Source: Gemmatimonadota bacterium
Lineage (GTDB): Bacteria > JAAXHH01
Direction of reading: 5' to 3'
Assembly: GCA_009841265.1 (NCBI GenBank)
Contig: VXMB01000009.1
Coordinates: forward strand, 93,951 to 157,950
Length of the DNA stretch: 64,000 nucleotides
Positions 44,705-54,659 of this stretch are shown piece by piece (the stretch's first letter is position 1; each line of letters starts with the position of its first letter). The notes below the pieces were generated by a model that made no database searches, was not told the origin of the DNA, and saw nothing but the letters and a program-made list of their open reading frames with translations. The translations under genes were made by a program, and so were the position numbers.

Positions 44705-47700
44705 TTAACGGTTGCGGACCGGGCGCGATGCCGCGCCTTGCAGGAGGGTTTCAAGCATTTCGGCGGCTTTCTTCTTCACCCTGAGCACCGAGCGGTGCTT
44801 GACCTGCTCGTACCCGCGGATCTCGTCCGGCAGTCGCAACAGTTCCGATACCTCGGGGTAGTTTTCCGGGGTGAGTACGGCGAGGGCCTGGTCCAGCAGG
44901 GATTCGTACCAGGTCACGAGCGCACGTTCCTCCCGACGGGCCGCGGTGTATCCGAAGGGGTCGAAGGGGGTTCCGCGAAGGAATCTGCATCGGGCCATGA
45001 TACGCAGAATGGGCCTGAACCAGGGTCCCAGCCGCAGCTTGCGATCGAGTCCCCACGCCCGAAGCAGCGGCGGATGCAGATGGTAGGACAACCTGACCGG
45101 ACCATCGAACCGTTCCGCGACGCCAAGTTCGGACGGGTCGGTCAGCAGTCGGGCCACCTCGTACTCGTCCTTGTAGGCCATGAGCTTGTGCAACATGAAA
45201 GCCGCGTGCGTGGTGAGCAGGTATCCGCGGTCCGGTCCGCCGGTTCGCTCATCCCCATCGTAAACCTGTGCGATCCGGTCGGCGAACCGCTCTGCGAGCC
45301 TGGCGTCCTGGAAGGCGATCAGTTCTCCCACACGCATGACCCAGCTCCTCCGGAACGATTCCTGGTGGACGGGGATCCTTCCAATCAACGCCTCGAAGGC
45401 TTGCGCCCGCTTACGGCCGAGTAACCGCGCATAGCGGCGGACCAGTTCATCCGAATCGGGTTCGGGTTCCTCCAGAGCCCCGTCCAGCCGGGCCCGGTCG
45501 TGCACGGCCATGCGGCCCCATCGGAAGGCCTGGATGTTCAGGTCTACGGCCTGTCCGTTCAACCGGATGGCGCGCTCGATACTCTCGGCCTGCAGGGGGA
45601 TGTGCCCGGCCTGGTTGGCGACGCCGAGGAGAAACACGTTGGCCACGATGTGATTCCCGAAGAGCTTCATCGCGTAGTCCTGCGCATCGATGAAGATATT
45701 GTCCTCCGATCGGGTGTGTGCTTCGATAAGCGCCTCCATGGCCGGGACGTCGGCGCCGGGCACCTGGGGATCGTATACCATTTGCGCGGTCGGGACGCCG
45801 GACCGGCTCACCACGGCCACCGTCCGGTGCGCGGCGGCGGCCTGAAGGTTCAGGGGATTTACCGCGCCGGCGATATCCGCCGCCAGGTAGAGATCGCACC
45901 GCCCGGCGGGTATATAGCTGGAAGGGGGGACCTCGCCGTCTCCCAGGACGATGGGCGATTCCACGGGACCACCCTTCTGCGCCAGCCCCGTGCGGTTCAT
46001 CTCGCTCACCTTCTTCCCGTCGAAAAGCGCCGCGACGGCCAGCAAGTGGGCGACGGTCACGACGCCCGTGCCGCCGATCCCGATGAGATGAATCGAGTAT
46101 TCTCCATCAATCGTCGCCCTTGCGGCGGGTGCTGCGAGCTCCGATTCGTCCAGTAACGGGTGTTCCGGTTTCAAAGGCTTGCAGTCTCCGACCGGTTCGA
46201 CGGAGAGGAAGGAAGGGCAGTCGCCCTTCAGGCAGGACAGGTCCTGGTTGCAGGCCGACTGGAGTATGGCGGTCTTGGGGCCGAACTCCGTTTCCGTTGG
46301 TTCGAGCGCGAGACACATGGACTGCTGTCCGCAGTCGCCGCATCCTTCGCACACCCGTTCGTGAATGAAGACGTACCGTTCGGGGGCGAGATGTTGACGC
46401 TTGCGGCGCCGACGGTGTTCCGTGGCGCATTCCTGGTCGTAGATCAGCACCTTTACGCCGGGCTTTCGCGAAAGGCTCTCCTGGGCGGATTCGAGCCGAT
46501 CCCGCGGTTCGAGCAGCAAGTGCTGGCCCGATTTCAACGCGGCCCGGGCGCGTTTGAGCGATACCCGCTGCGGAAACTTGCTGACGACCGTTACATCCTG
46601 CACGCCCATGCCCAGCAGGATCAGCGCGAAGTCGTCCAGCGTGGGCTGCCCGGTGATGTCCTGGCCGCCGGTCATGGCCACCACGTGGTTCCAGAGGACT
46701 TTATATGTGATGTTGGCGCCGTGGGAAATGGAGCTGAATATGGTGATCAGGCCGCTGTGGAGCACCGTGCCGTCGCCGATGTTCTGGAACAGGTGCCGGT
46801 TCTCATTGAACGGGAACATGCCATTGTAGATGGCGCCGCCAAGGCCCATGGTGGGTATCCAACGCACACCCCGGCCGTCCGCCTCGATGTAGGCGTCCAG
46901 CGAAGAGCAGCCGATTTCTCCGCCCGCGACCTCCCCTTCCGGCGCACGGGCCGATACGCTGTGGGGACATCCGGGACAGTAATGGGCGGTGCGCCGGGCG
47001 AAGGAGCCCGGGTCTCGTTCCGCGATTGCGTTCAGTTCCTCCAAGCGGTCGTAAATGGGCGCCGACGGGAAGATCTCCTGCAGCATCGGCCCGAGCAGAA
47101 TTGTGAGCAGGTCGGGATTCAACTCTCCGTATGCGGGAATGAGCGGGCGGTCGTCCGGACCTTGCTTTCCGTAGACATGTTCTACGCCGGTGCCGAGGAG
47201 CGCATGGGCTACCGCTTCTTCCACGAAGGGCCCCTTTTCCTCCACGACCACCACGGTCTTCAGGTGTACTGCGAACTCCCGGATCGTACGCGGATTGACC
47301 GGATAGATCACCCCCAGCTTCAGGATCGGAACCTGGTCCTCCAGGTTCAGCATTCGAAGCGCCTGGACGATGTCTGTGTAGCTCTTTCCCGTCGCGACGA
47401 TACCGAGGGGACTGTCCGATCCCAGGCTATCGACCGTGTCGATCCCGTTCACCCGGGCGTACTCGGCGGCGATTCCCAGGCGCACCGTGGTCAGCTCTTC
47501 TTCGAAGGGGATGGACTGGGTGGAGATGACCACCTGGTGGAAGCGCTTTTCGTAGGGCCGTCCAGCCGGTCCCGGCGGCAGCGTTACGCTGGGAAGTTCT
47601 GGGTTTGCGTCCACCGTTTCGGCGCCGTCGCAGATGGGCGTAACGAGTTTCATCCCGCAGAGGACCCCGGCGTACCTGCTGAGCGCCAGCGCGTGGTGCC

Positions 47701-48265
47701 CATAGGTGATGACCTCGGAGACCGTCGAAGGGTAGAAGACGGGAATACGCGCGTCGCGCAGGGCCTGTTCGCTGCTGGCGGGGTATCCGGAACTCTTCGC
47801 CATGTGGTCGTCCCCGCAGAACAGGACGACGCCGCTGTCTTTTCCCGTCCCCGCGATGTTGGCGAGGCTGAATTCGTCCAGGGCCCATTTCACGCCATGG
47901 GCCTTGCCGTACCAGAACCCGTCCACGTTTCCTTCGTACTGGCTGCCGTGCACCGCCGCCGCCGCCGTCTTCTCGTTGACCGCCGCCTGGTGTACGAACG
48001 GCGCCGCTTCACTGAGCAGAGCGGCCTGTTGCCGGAGTTCGAGGTCGAGGCCGCCGAGGGGCGAGCCTTCGTAACCGGCCATGAAGCTGCGCCGCACCGT
48101 ACCGCCGGAAAGGGCGTCACGCCGCTGCTTGTCCAGCAGGAAGCGGACGATGGCATGTATGCCGGTAAGAAAGACCGGACCGCGGTTTTTGAGGTATCGG
48201 TCCTGCAGCGAGGGCGCTGGAATGGCGTCGGTGGTCAAGGCCGGACCTGCCTGGTCGCGAGGCAT
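44705..48265 (-). CDS. Indolepyruvate:ferredoxin oxidoreductase family protein (fused alpha/beta 2-oxoacid:ferredoxin oxidoreductase), 1186 aa
   Basis: N-terminus 'LKNRGPVFLTGIHAIVRFLLDKQ', TPP-binding region, and the [4Fe-4S] cysteine cluster 'CEGCGDCGQQSMC'. Confidence 0.8.
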   Translation of the reverse strand: MPRDQAGPALTTDAIPAPSLQDRYLKNRGPVFLTGIHAIVRFLLDKQRRDALSGGTVRRSFMAGYEGSPLGGLDLELRQQAALLSEAAPFVHQAAVNEKTAAAAVHGSQYEGNVDGFWYGKAHGVKWALDEFSLANIAGTGKDSGVVLFCGDDHMAKSSGYPASSEQALRDARIPVFYPSTVSEVITYGHHALALSRYAGVLCGMKLVTPICDGAETVDANPELPSVTLPPGPAGRPYEKRFHQVVISTQSIPFEEELTTVRLGIAAEYARVNGIDTVDSLGSDSPLGIVATGKSYTDIVQALRMLNLEDQVPILKLGVIYPVNPRTIREFAVHLKTVVVVEEKGPFVEEAVAHALLGTGVEHVYGKQGPDDRPLIPAYGELNPDLLTILLGPMLQEIFPSAPIYDRLEELNAIAERDPGSFARRTAHYCPGCPHSVSARAPEGEVAGGEIGCSSLDAYIEADGRGVRWIPTMGLGGAIYNGMFPFNENRHLFQNIGDGTVLHSGLITIFSSISHGANITYKVLWNHVVAMTGGQDITGQPTLDDFALILLGMGVQDVTVVSKFPQRVSLKRARAALKSGQHLLLEPRDRLESAQESLSRKPGVKVLIYDQECATEHRRRRKRQHLAPERYVFIHERVCEGCGDCGQQSMCLALEPTETEFGPKTAILQSACNQDLSCLKGDCPSFLSVEPVGDCKPLKPEHPLLDESELAAPAARATIDGEYSIHLIGIGGTGVVTVAHLLAVAALFDGKKVSEMNRTGLAQKGGPVESPIVLGDGEVPPSSYIPAGRCDLYLAADIAGAVNPLNLQAAAAHRTVAVVSRSGVPTAQMVYDPQVPGADVPAMEALIEAHTRSEDNIFIDAQDYAMKLFGNHIVANVFLLGVANQAGHIPLQAESIERAIRLNGQAVDLNIQAFRWGRMAVHDRARLDGALEEPEPDSDELVRRYARLLGRKRAQAFEALIGRIPVHQESFRRSWVMRVGELIAFQDARLAERFADRIAQVYDGDERTGGPDRGYLLTTHAAFMLHKLMAYKDEYEVARLLTDPSELGVAERFDGPVRLSYHLHPPLLRAWGLDRKLRLGPWFRPILRIMARCRFLRGTPFDPFGYTAARREERALVTWYESLLDQALAVLTPENYPEVSELLRLPDEIRGYEQVKHRSVLRVKKKAAEMLETLLQGAASRPVRNR

Positions 48266-48376
48266 CTGAAAACGGGTGTAGTGCGCTTCAGGATCATGGC
48301 ATCAGTATACTCGGTGGGGTGGTTCGTGTCAACCGACGCGGGTGGCCGCCGCGACCACGGAACGTGGTGAAACGGA

Positions 48377-49051
48377 TTGCCTTGCGGCGGGCGTTTCTAT
48401 AAGTTTCAGGGAACGATCGAGGGACAAAAAGAACCCCCGGAAGGACACGTGCCTGACATGTCTAATGCCGCTGCAGATATACCGTTTATCCCGGCCCTCT
48501 ATGCATCTAGCCGTGAAGACGCGCCGATCGATATGCTGGTGCTTCACTTTACTGACGGTCCTTCGCTGGAAGACTGCATCGCGATCTTTCAGGACCCGGA
48601 GCGGCGTGTCAGCTGCCATTACATCGTGGGACTCGACGGCGCCGTACTGCAGATGGTCCGCGACGAAGACTGCGCCTGGCACTGCGGGACCAGCGCATGG
48701 CGGGGGCGGGAAGGCTGCAACCGCTGGTCGCTGGGCATCGAGATCGTGAACTGGGGGCGGCTGGAGAAAAAAGACGGGAGTTACTACTGCTGGCCTGAGG
48801 ACTACGGGACGCCTTACTGCGGTCCATCGCCCGTTTCGGCCGGGGGCGACTGGTGGGCGTCGTATCCGTCCGGCCAGGTCGAGCAGGTCGAATCGCTGTC
48901 CGGTCGGCTCGTCGAACGCTACCGGATCCCCCTGGACCACATAGTGCGCCACAGCGACATCGCGCCGGATCGCAAGATCGATCCAGGACCCGCGTTCCCC
49001 TGGAGTGCATTCAAGGCGCGGATGTCGCAAGTGATCGCCGGCCGATGGTAG
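48377..49051 (+). CDS. ampD: N-acetylmuramoyl-L-alanine amidase, AmpD-like (Amidase_2); start may be MSNAAAD at 48458
   Basis: 'CHYIVGLDGAVLQMVRDEDCAWHCG' and 'HSDIAPDRKIDPGPAFPW'. Confidence 0.7.
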   Translation: MPCGGRFYKFQGTIEGQKEPPEGHVPDMSNAAADIPFIPALYASSREDAPIDMLVLHFTDGPSLEDCIAIFQDPERRVSCHYIVGLDGAVLQMVRDEDCAWHCGTSAWRGREGCNRWSLGIEIVNWGRLEKKDGSYYCWPEDYGTPYCGPSPVSAGGDWWASYPSGQVEQVESLSGRLVERYRIPLDHIVRHSDIAPDRKIDPGPAFPWSAFKARMSQVIAGRW

Positions 49052-49133
49052 CCAGGAATGTTGACACCCGAAGCCCGGCTTCCATCGGCGGCATGGACCA
49101 TAACTGAGCGGACCACCTTAATCTAATCATCAT

Positions 49134-50402
49134 ATGCCAGCCCAGGTTAATACATCCGCAGCAGGCCTTCCGGCCGGCGCGTTGACACCCGCCGTAAACG
49201 GCACGGGCGTGATCCTCCACACCGGTCTGGGACGGGCCGTGCTGTCCGATGCGGCGCGGCGGGCCGTGGCCGACGCGATCGAGGGATACTGCACGCTGGA
49301 GATCAATGCCGAGACGGGCAAGCGAGGTTCGCGCCACGACCTGGTTTCCGGGCTGCTGTGCGCCTTGACCGGAGCGGAATCGGCCATCGTGGTGAACAAC
49401 AACGCCGCCGCGGTCATGCTGATCCTGCACGCCCTGGCGCGGGACCGCGAAGTCATCATCTCCCGGGGACAACTGGTGGAAATCGGAGGGTCCTTCCGCA
49501 TGCCGGACGTCATGGCCGCGGGCGGAGCCCGACTCGTAGGGGTGGGAGCGGCCAATCACACCGAACCGGACGACTACCGTGCGGCCATCTCGGATCGGAC
49601 GGCCCTCATCATGGCCGTCCACCGGAGCAACTTCGACCTCGCCGGCATGGACGTCTCGGTGCCTCTCGACGAACTGGCGTCGCTGGGCCGCGATCGGGAC
49701 ATACCGGTCGTGTACGACCAGGGAAGCGGCGCCCTGATCGATCTGGCAGCGTACGGTCAGCACGGCCTGGACAGCGGATACACGGTGCGGGAAGCGCTCG
49801 ACCAGGACGTCGACGTGGTCTGCTTCAGCGGTGATAAGCTGCTGGGCGGGCCGCAGGCCGGAATCATCGCGGGCCGGAGGGATCTCCTCGACCGGATGAA
49901 GAAGGATCCGCTGATGCGGGCCTTCCGCGCGGACAAGATGGTCTACGCCGCCCTGCAGGCCACCCTGCAGTTGTTTACCGATCCGGACAGGCTTGCCGAT
50001 GGCCATGCGGTTACGGGTATGATCGCCGCTTCGGCCGGGGAACTCGAATCCAGGGCGCATCGACTCGCTGAAGGTCTCGCGGGCCGTTTTGCGCATCGCG
50101 TCGACGTGACCGTGGAGGAATCCTCCGCGGAGATCGGCGGCGGCGCCCTTCCGGTCCAGCAACTCCCGTCCCGCGTCGTGGCGCTTCGGCCCGAAGGTTG
50201 GACGAACCGGCAACTCGCCGCCGCGTTCAGACGGCAGTCGCCGCCCGTATTCGGCCGGCTGTCGGGAGATCGTTTCCTGCTCGACCTGCGTACGCTGGAG
50301 GAACGGGCATTCCCGGTGGTCGAATCCGCGGCCGGCGAAATCTCGGATCTGATGGATGAAGACGCGTCACCGAGCGAGGACGCGTCACGGAGCGAGGATT
50401 GA
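49134..50402 (+). CDS. selA: L-seryl-tRNA(Sec) selenium transferase SelA, 422 aa; lacks the ~60-aa N-terminal tRNA-binding domain found in E. coli SelA
   Basis: 'VNGTGVILHTGLGRA', 'VVNNNAAAVMLIL', 'SRGQLVEIGGSFRMPDVM', 'FSGDKLLGGPQAGII', 'RADKM' all align with E. coli SelA. An in-frame stop 15 nt upstream of the ATG rules out an N-terminal extension. Confidence 0.85.
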   Translation: MPAQVNTSAAGLPAGALTPAVNGTGVILHTGLGRAVLSDAARRAVADAIEGYCTLEINAETGKRGSRHDLVSGLLCALTGAESAIVVNNNAAAVMLILHALARDREVIISRGQLVEIGGSFRMPDVMAAGGARLVGVGAANHTEPDDYRAAISDRTALIMAVHRSNFDLAGMDVSVPLDELASLGRDRDIPVVYDQGSGALIDLAAYGQHGLDSGYTVREALDQDVDVVCFSGDKLLGGPQAGIIAGRRDLLDRMKKDPLMRAFRADKMVYAALQATLQLFTDPDRLADGHAVTGMIAASAGELESRAHRLAEGLAGRFAHRVDVTVEESSAEIGGGALPVQQLPSRVVALRPEGWTNRQLAAAFRRQSPPVFGRLSGDRFLLDLRTLEERAFPVVESAAGEISDLMDEDASPSEDASRSED

Positions 50403-50409
50403 AGCGATT

Positions 50410-51189
50410 ATGAGCGAACGATTGAAAGGCAAAGTCGTGGTCGTCACCGGAGGCGGCACCGGCATCGGTCTCGGTATCGCCAGATGCTGTCTCGAAGCAG
50501 GAGCCGCCGTGATGATCGCCCAGCGCCGGATCGAAATCGCCGAGCGCGAGGCCGCACGCTTCCGGGACGAGGGCTTCGCCGTTCAGGCGCAACGGTGCGA
50601 CGTGCGCCGAAGAGAGGACGTCGCCGCCCTGCTGGACCAGGCGGAATCGTTGCTCGGGCCCGTGGACGTGATGGTCAACAATGCCGCGCTGACGGGAAAG
50701 TCCCTGGAGCTGCGGCCCTTCATGGAGGAGACGGACGAACACTGGCGCAGCGTCCTCGACATCAACCTGACCGGCGCGTTCATCGGAACGCAGGAGGCGG
50801 CCCGCCGGATGATCGACAGCGGAGCGGGCGGTTCCATCATTAACATTTCGTCCGTCGCCCAGTTCGCCGCGCAGGAAGGCGCCTCCGCATACTGTGCCAG
50901 CAAGGCGGGAATGGACGGCCTCACCAAGTCCGCGGCCATCGAACTGGCGGTCCACGGCATCCGCGTAAACAGCATCGCGCCGGGCGATATACACACGGAG
51001 CAAAGCGATCGGCCGAGGGAAGACGCGGTAGGGCGGGGCGCTACAGGAAGGTTCTTCCGGGATACACCGCTGGACCGCCGGGGAACGCCGGAGGAAATCG
51101 GCCGCGTGGCCGTGTTCCTGGCCAGCGACGAGGCGAGTTTCGTTACCGGGGCTACGTGGCTGGTGGACGGGGGATTCCTGGGCTACTAG
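50410..51189 (+). CDS. Short-chain dehydrogenase/reductase (SDR) family oxidoreductase
   Basis: 'KGKVVVVTGGGTGIGLGIA' (TGxxxGxG), catalytic 'YCASKAG'. Confidence 0.85.
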   Translation: MSERLKGKVVVVTGGGTGIGLGIARCCLEAGAAVMIAQRRIEIAEREAARFRDEGFAVQAQRCDVRRREDVAALLDQAESLLGPVDVMVNNAALTGKSLELRPFMEETDEHWRSVLDINLTGAFIGTQEAARRMIDSGAGGSIINISSVAQFAAQEGASAYCASKAGMDGLTKSAAIELAVHGIRVNSIAPGDIHTEQSDRPREDAVGRGATGRFFRDTPLDRRGTPEEIGRVAVFLASDEASFVTGATWLVDGGFLGY

Positions 51190-51243
51190 CCGGCCGCAGC
51201 GGCCAGATTCCAGCCGGGCGAGACGATCGGCTACTATACGGTT

Positions 51244-52059
51244 TCACCACCTTATTCCCTTCTGCACCGGCCCGGTGTGCTGATCGCTGCGCTGCTCGAT
51301 CGGCCACTTCTCGATATCGTCGACCAGTTCGATCAGGCCTTCCACGGACGCGTCGAAGATGATCTTGCCCTTCTCGGCCGTCGCCGGCGTCGGGTCGCCG
51401 TGGACCCCCAGGCCCGTCCATCTACCCCAGAAATCATTGAATCGCACGGTTCCGGTGCTGTCGGAGGAGAAGTACTTCCCCACTCGGTCCATGTCCGGCG
51501 CGGCCTTGTCCATCTTTACGCGATCGCCGGCCAGATGAAGGTACAGGGACGTCTCCAGTTCGTCCGCATGGGCCAATACCTCCGATTCCTTCACCTCGTT
51601 GAATGCGTCGATCAGGAAAGTGAAGTAGTTGGCGGCAAAACACAACGACTCCGTGGCAAGTACCGTCTTCCTGGCAATCAGGTCGATCATCGGTGCGTTC
51701 GAGCCATGGCCGTTTACGATCAGGATCTTCTCGAAGCCGTGGTAGGCCACGCTCTTGGTGATGTTCAGGCAGAAAGCGATGAAAACCTCGGGCTCGATAT
51801 GGATCGTGCCCGGGAAATCGATATGGTGCAGGTTCAGTCCGTAGGAAACCGTGGGCAGGACGAGGACGCGGTCGGGGATGCGCCGACCCAGTTCATGGCA
51901 GACCGATTCGACGAGAAAGGCGTCCGTGTCCAGCGGAAGGTGCTTGCCGTGCTGCTCAGTGGAACCCGTGGGCAGGACCACCACCTTCTGCATGCCGATC
52001 GCCTCGTTCATGTCCTCCCAGGTCAACCGGTTGTAACGGTATTCTTCCCGCACGTTCAT
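51244..52059 (-). CDS. Creatininase-family amidohydrolase, second copy; start at MNVREEY
   Basis: 'VVLPTGSTEQHGKHLPLDTD' and 'ILIVNGHGSN'. Confidence 0.8.
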   Translation of the reverse strand: MNVREEYRYNRLTWEDMNEAIGMQKVVVLPTGSTEQHGKHLPLDTDAFLVESVCHELGRRIPDRVLVLPTVSYGLNLHHIDFPGTIHIEPEVFIAFCLNITKSVAYHGFEKILIVNGHGSNAPMIDLIARKTVLATESLCFAANYFTFLIDAFNEVKESEVLAHADELETSLYLHLAGDRVKMDKAAPDMDRVGKYFSSDSTGTVRFNDFWGRWTGLGVHGDPTPATAEKGKIIFDASVEGLIELVDDIEKWPIEQRSDQHTGPVQKGIRW

Positions 52060-52094
52060 TTCTTTTCTCCTGTGATTAGGCGCTGCGGCATTAC

Positions 52095-52826
52095 TCACGC
52101 TTCAGGAATTTCTAAAGGTGTCCGTTTGCCGACGCTGGGCGGGCGCAGCAGGTCGCGCTGCAGGTCGTTGGCGGCCATTTCGCGCGCTTCGTCCAGCCGT
52201 TCGACGGTCGCCCAGGAAGAATAACCGGGAGAGTACTTGTACAGCAAGGCGCGCCGCCGCTGGTCGGAAGTCCACGTGGTGGTGCCGTGGACCAGTGCTT
52301 CGGTGAAGATGAGCATGTCCCCCGCCATGAAGGACGGGTTCGCGACGAGGTGGGAATCCACGGGCGGGCGGTAACGGAAGTTGGCCTTGTGACTGCCCGG
52401 GACGCAGATGAGTCCTCCGTCGCCGGGATGGACGTCCTCCAAAGCGTACATGACCACGATCAGGCCGTTGTACATCTGCCCGTCGAACCACTGGTACTGG
52501 TGCTCACCGTGGTCATGTCTGAGGCCGCCGTGAAGGTTCGGCCGCACGTGACCCCGCTCCACGGACTGCCGGTCCATCTGAAGCCCGTAAGCGTGGTCCA
52601 GCCGCAGCCATTGTCCGATCATCGTGCGGATGATACGCAGCGTAGGGGGATGAGCCATGAGTTCCATGAAAACCGGATCGAGCAGGAGAAAATCGAAACC
52701 GTGGGTCTCTTCAGGGAGGTGACTGTCCAGGATCCCGTTCATGTGGTCGACCTGGTCCCTGGTCAGCATGTCCTTATAGACAATGTATCCGTTGAGGTCG
52801 AATTCGAAGATCTCGGCTTCAGTCAT
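52095..52826 (-). CDS. PhyH-like Fe(II)/2OG dioxygenase, tandem paralog a (start at MTEAEIFEF)
   Basis: 'EIFEFDLNGYIVYKDMLTRDQVDHMN', 'GGLICVPGSHK'. About 65% identical to the next gene. Confidence 0.55.
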   Translation of the reverse strand: MTEAEIFEFDLNGYIVYKDMLTRDQVDHMNGILDSHLPEETHGFDFLLLDPVFMELMAHPPTLRIIRTMIGQWLRLDHAYGLQMDRQSVERGHVRPNLHGGLRHDHGEHQYQWFDGQMYNGLIVVMYALEDVHPGDGGLICVPGSHKANFRYRPPVDSHLVANPSFMAGDMLIFTEALVHGTTTWTSDQRRRALLYKYSPGYSSWATVERLDEAREMAANDLQRDLLRPPSVGKRTPLEIPEA

Positions 52827-52836
52827 GGATTTCTCC

Positions 52837-53568
52837 TCACGCATCCGGGATTTCCACCGGCGTCCGGCCCTCGATGCTGGGCGCTCTGAGCAGGTCGCGC
52901 TGCAGGTCATTGGCGGCGAGCGCCTGCAGTTTCTCCCAGTTCTCCGGTATGGCCCACGTGGAATGTCCTGGAGAGTACTTGTACAGCAGTGAACGCCGCT
53001 TGTCAGGCGAGGTCCACGTGTCGGTCCCGTGGACCAGTGCTTCCGTGAAGATCAGCATATCGCCGGCCTTGAAGGTTGGATTAACGACGATGTGCGAGTC
53101 CACCGCCGGCTTGAAGTCCATGTTGGTCTTGTGGCTCCCCGGCACGCAGATGAAGCCGCCGTCGCCGGGGTTGACGTCTTTGAGCGCATACATGACGACA
53201 GTCAGCCCGTTGTACATCTTTCCGTTGAACCACTGGTAGTGGTGTTCGCCGTTGTCTTCCAGCGGTCCGCCGTGGAGGTTTGGCCTTACATCGTCCCGCT
53301 CTTCGGAGCGCGTATCCATCTGGAGCCCGTAAGCGTGGTCCAGGCGCATCCATCCACCGATCATCGTTTTAAGGATGTTCAGCGTCCGGGGCAGGGCCAT
53401 GACCTCCATGAACATGGGGTCGAGTTCAAGGAAACGGAAATTGTAGGATTCATCGGTGAGGTGCTGATCGAGCACCCCGTTCATATGGTCGACCTGGTCC
53501 GGGGTCAGTACATTCCGGTACATGATGTAACCGTTGAGGTCGAATTCGAAGATCTCGGCTTCGTTCAT
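52837..53568 (-). CDS. PhyH-like Fe(II)/2OG dioxygenase, tandem paralog b
   Basis: 'EIFEFDLNGYIMYRNVLTPDQVDHMN', 'GGFICVPGSHK'. Confidence 0.55.
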   Translation of the reverse strand: MNEAEIFEFDLNGYIMYRNVLTPDQVDHMNGVLDQHLTDESYNFRFLELDPMFMEVMALPRTLNILKTMIGGWMRLDHAYGLQMDTRSEERDDVRPNLHGGPLEDNGEHHYQWFNGKMYNGLTVVMYALKDVNPGDGGFICVPGSHKTNMDFKPAVDSHIVVNPTFKAGDMLIFTEALVHGTDTWTSPDKRRSLLYKYSPGHSTWAIPENWEKLQALAANDLQRDLLRAPSIEGRTPVEIPDA

Positions 53569-53600
53569 GGATACCTCCTGAACCCTCGTCTAACGCATGC

Positions 53601-54632
53601 TTACTCCAGGGCCCCTGGTTGATCACCCTCCGCCACAACCGGCGATCCCACCGCGCCGAAGGGCAGCCTGTTCCTTCTCTTCCATCGCCTCCATTCCCTG
53701 GCTCTCTTTTTCTTCATCTGTCCTTCCGCCCATGCTTCCAGGGGCACATCACCGGGTTCGGGGCGCCAGTACCTGGAAGCTGGATGGGCCGGGTCGCCGT
53801 CCTGGTAGACTACGCCATCCTCCGTGGTATTGGAGCCCAGCAGCTGCCGCTGAACCGGCGTGCACCGGGCCAGCAGTCCGGCGTCCTGGCGGTCGTAATC
53901 TCCGGGTCGCGCCCAGCGGTAATTGTAACCGTAGTAGAGGCACTTCCGGGAGTGGTCGGACAGGTTGGGCGTCAGGCAATGCCACAGGGCCGTGCGCCAG
54001 ACCATGGCGGTCCCCGGACGGACGTTCACCTCGACGATGTCCGCCGGGTCGATGTGGTAATCCGGATCGTGAATCAGATTAGGCGAACGGTGGTGGCTGC
54101 CGCGCACGACGCAGATGGCGCCGCTGTTGTGCTCGGTGAGATCGGTGAGGTAGTACCCGACCTTGACCTCTAAGAAAGGGACGATGCCGTTCGTGACCGG
54201 GTAGCCGTAGTTGGGTGCGTCGGAGTGCCAGGGGAAGAATCCGCCCGCCGCCCCCAGCTCACCCTCCACGTGGTCTTTCATGGGCGGCCGGACGTCCACG
54301 TGAGAAGTCCGGATCTGGATGTTGACGCCCATGACGTCCACGACCATCGGCAGGATCTTCGGATATTCGATCAACGCGAAGAGCTCATCGTGGTGGGCCA
54401 GGGCATTGCGGATCTGGTACGCGGCGTCCGGAGCGGTCCCATGCGACTTGCGGTGTTTTTCGTTAAGCTCTTCGACGACGCCGATCAACCGGTCGACATG
54501 GTCCGGCGAGAGGGCGTCCTCGATCAGGATGAAGCCGTCTTCGTCGAATTGTTGCCGCTGCGATTCGGTGAGCGCCAGGTAAGGTTCAGGTTCAAAGGGG
54601 TCTGGCGCGGCCTGGACAGCGGGAATAGTCAT
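53601..54632 (-). CDS. PhyH-family dioxygenase, 343 aa
   Basis: 'LTESQRQQFDEDGFILIEDAL', 'FPWHSDAPNY', 'GAICVVRGSHH'. Confidence 0.65.
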   Translation of the reverse strand: MTIPAVQAAPDPFEPEPYLALTESQRQQFDEDGFILIEDALSPDHVDRLIGVVEELNEKHRKSHGTAPDAAYQIRNALAHHDELFALIEYPKILPMVVDVMGVNIQIRTSHVDVRPPMKDHVEGELGAAGGFFPWHSDAPNYGYPVTNGIVPFLEVKVGYYLTDLTEHNSGAICVVRGSHHRSPNLIHDPDYHIDPADIVEVNVRPGTAMVWRTALWHCLTPNLSDHSRKCLYYGYNYRWARPGDYDRQDAGLLARCTPVQRQLLGSNTTEDGVVYQDGDPAHPASRYWRPEPGDVPLEAWAEGQMKKKRAREWRRWKRRNRLPFGAVGSPVVAEGDQPGALE

Positions 54633-54659
54633 CGTTTACTCCTTCCGTCCATCGGACGA

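Noticed and set aside
46160-48370. 736-aa plus-strand ORF antisense to the indolepyruvate:ferredoxin oxidoreductase gene
   Set aside because: Shadow ORF; the oxidoreductase frame carries TPP and Fe-S motifs.
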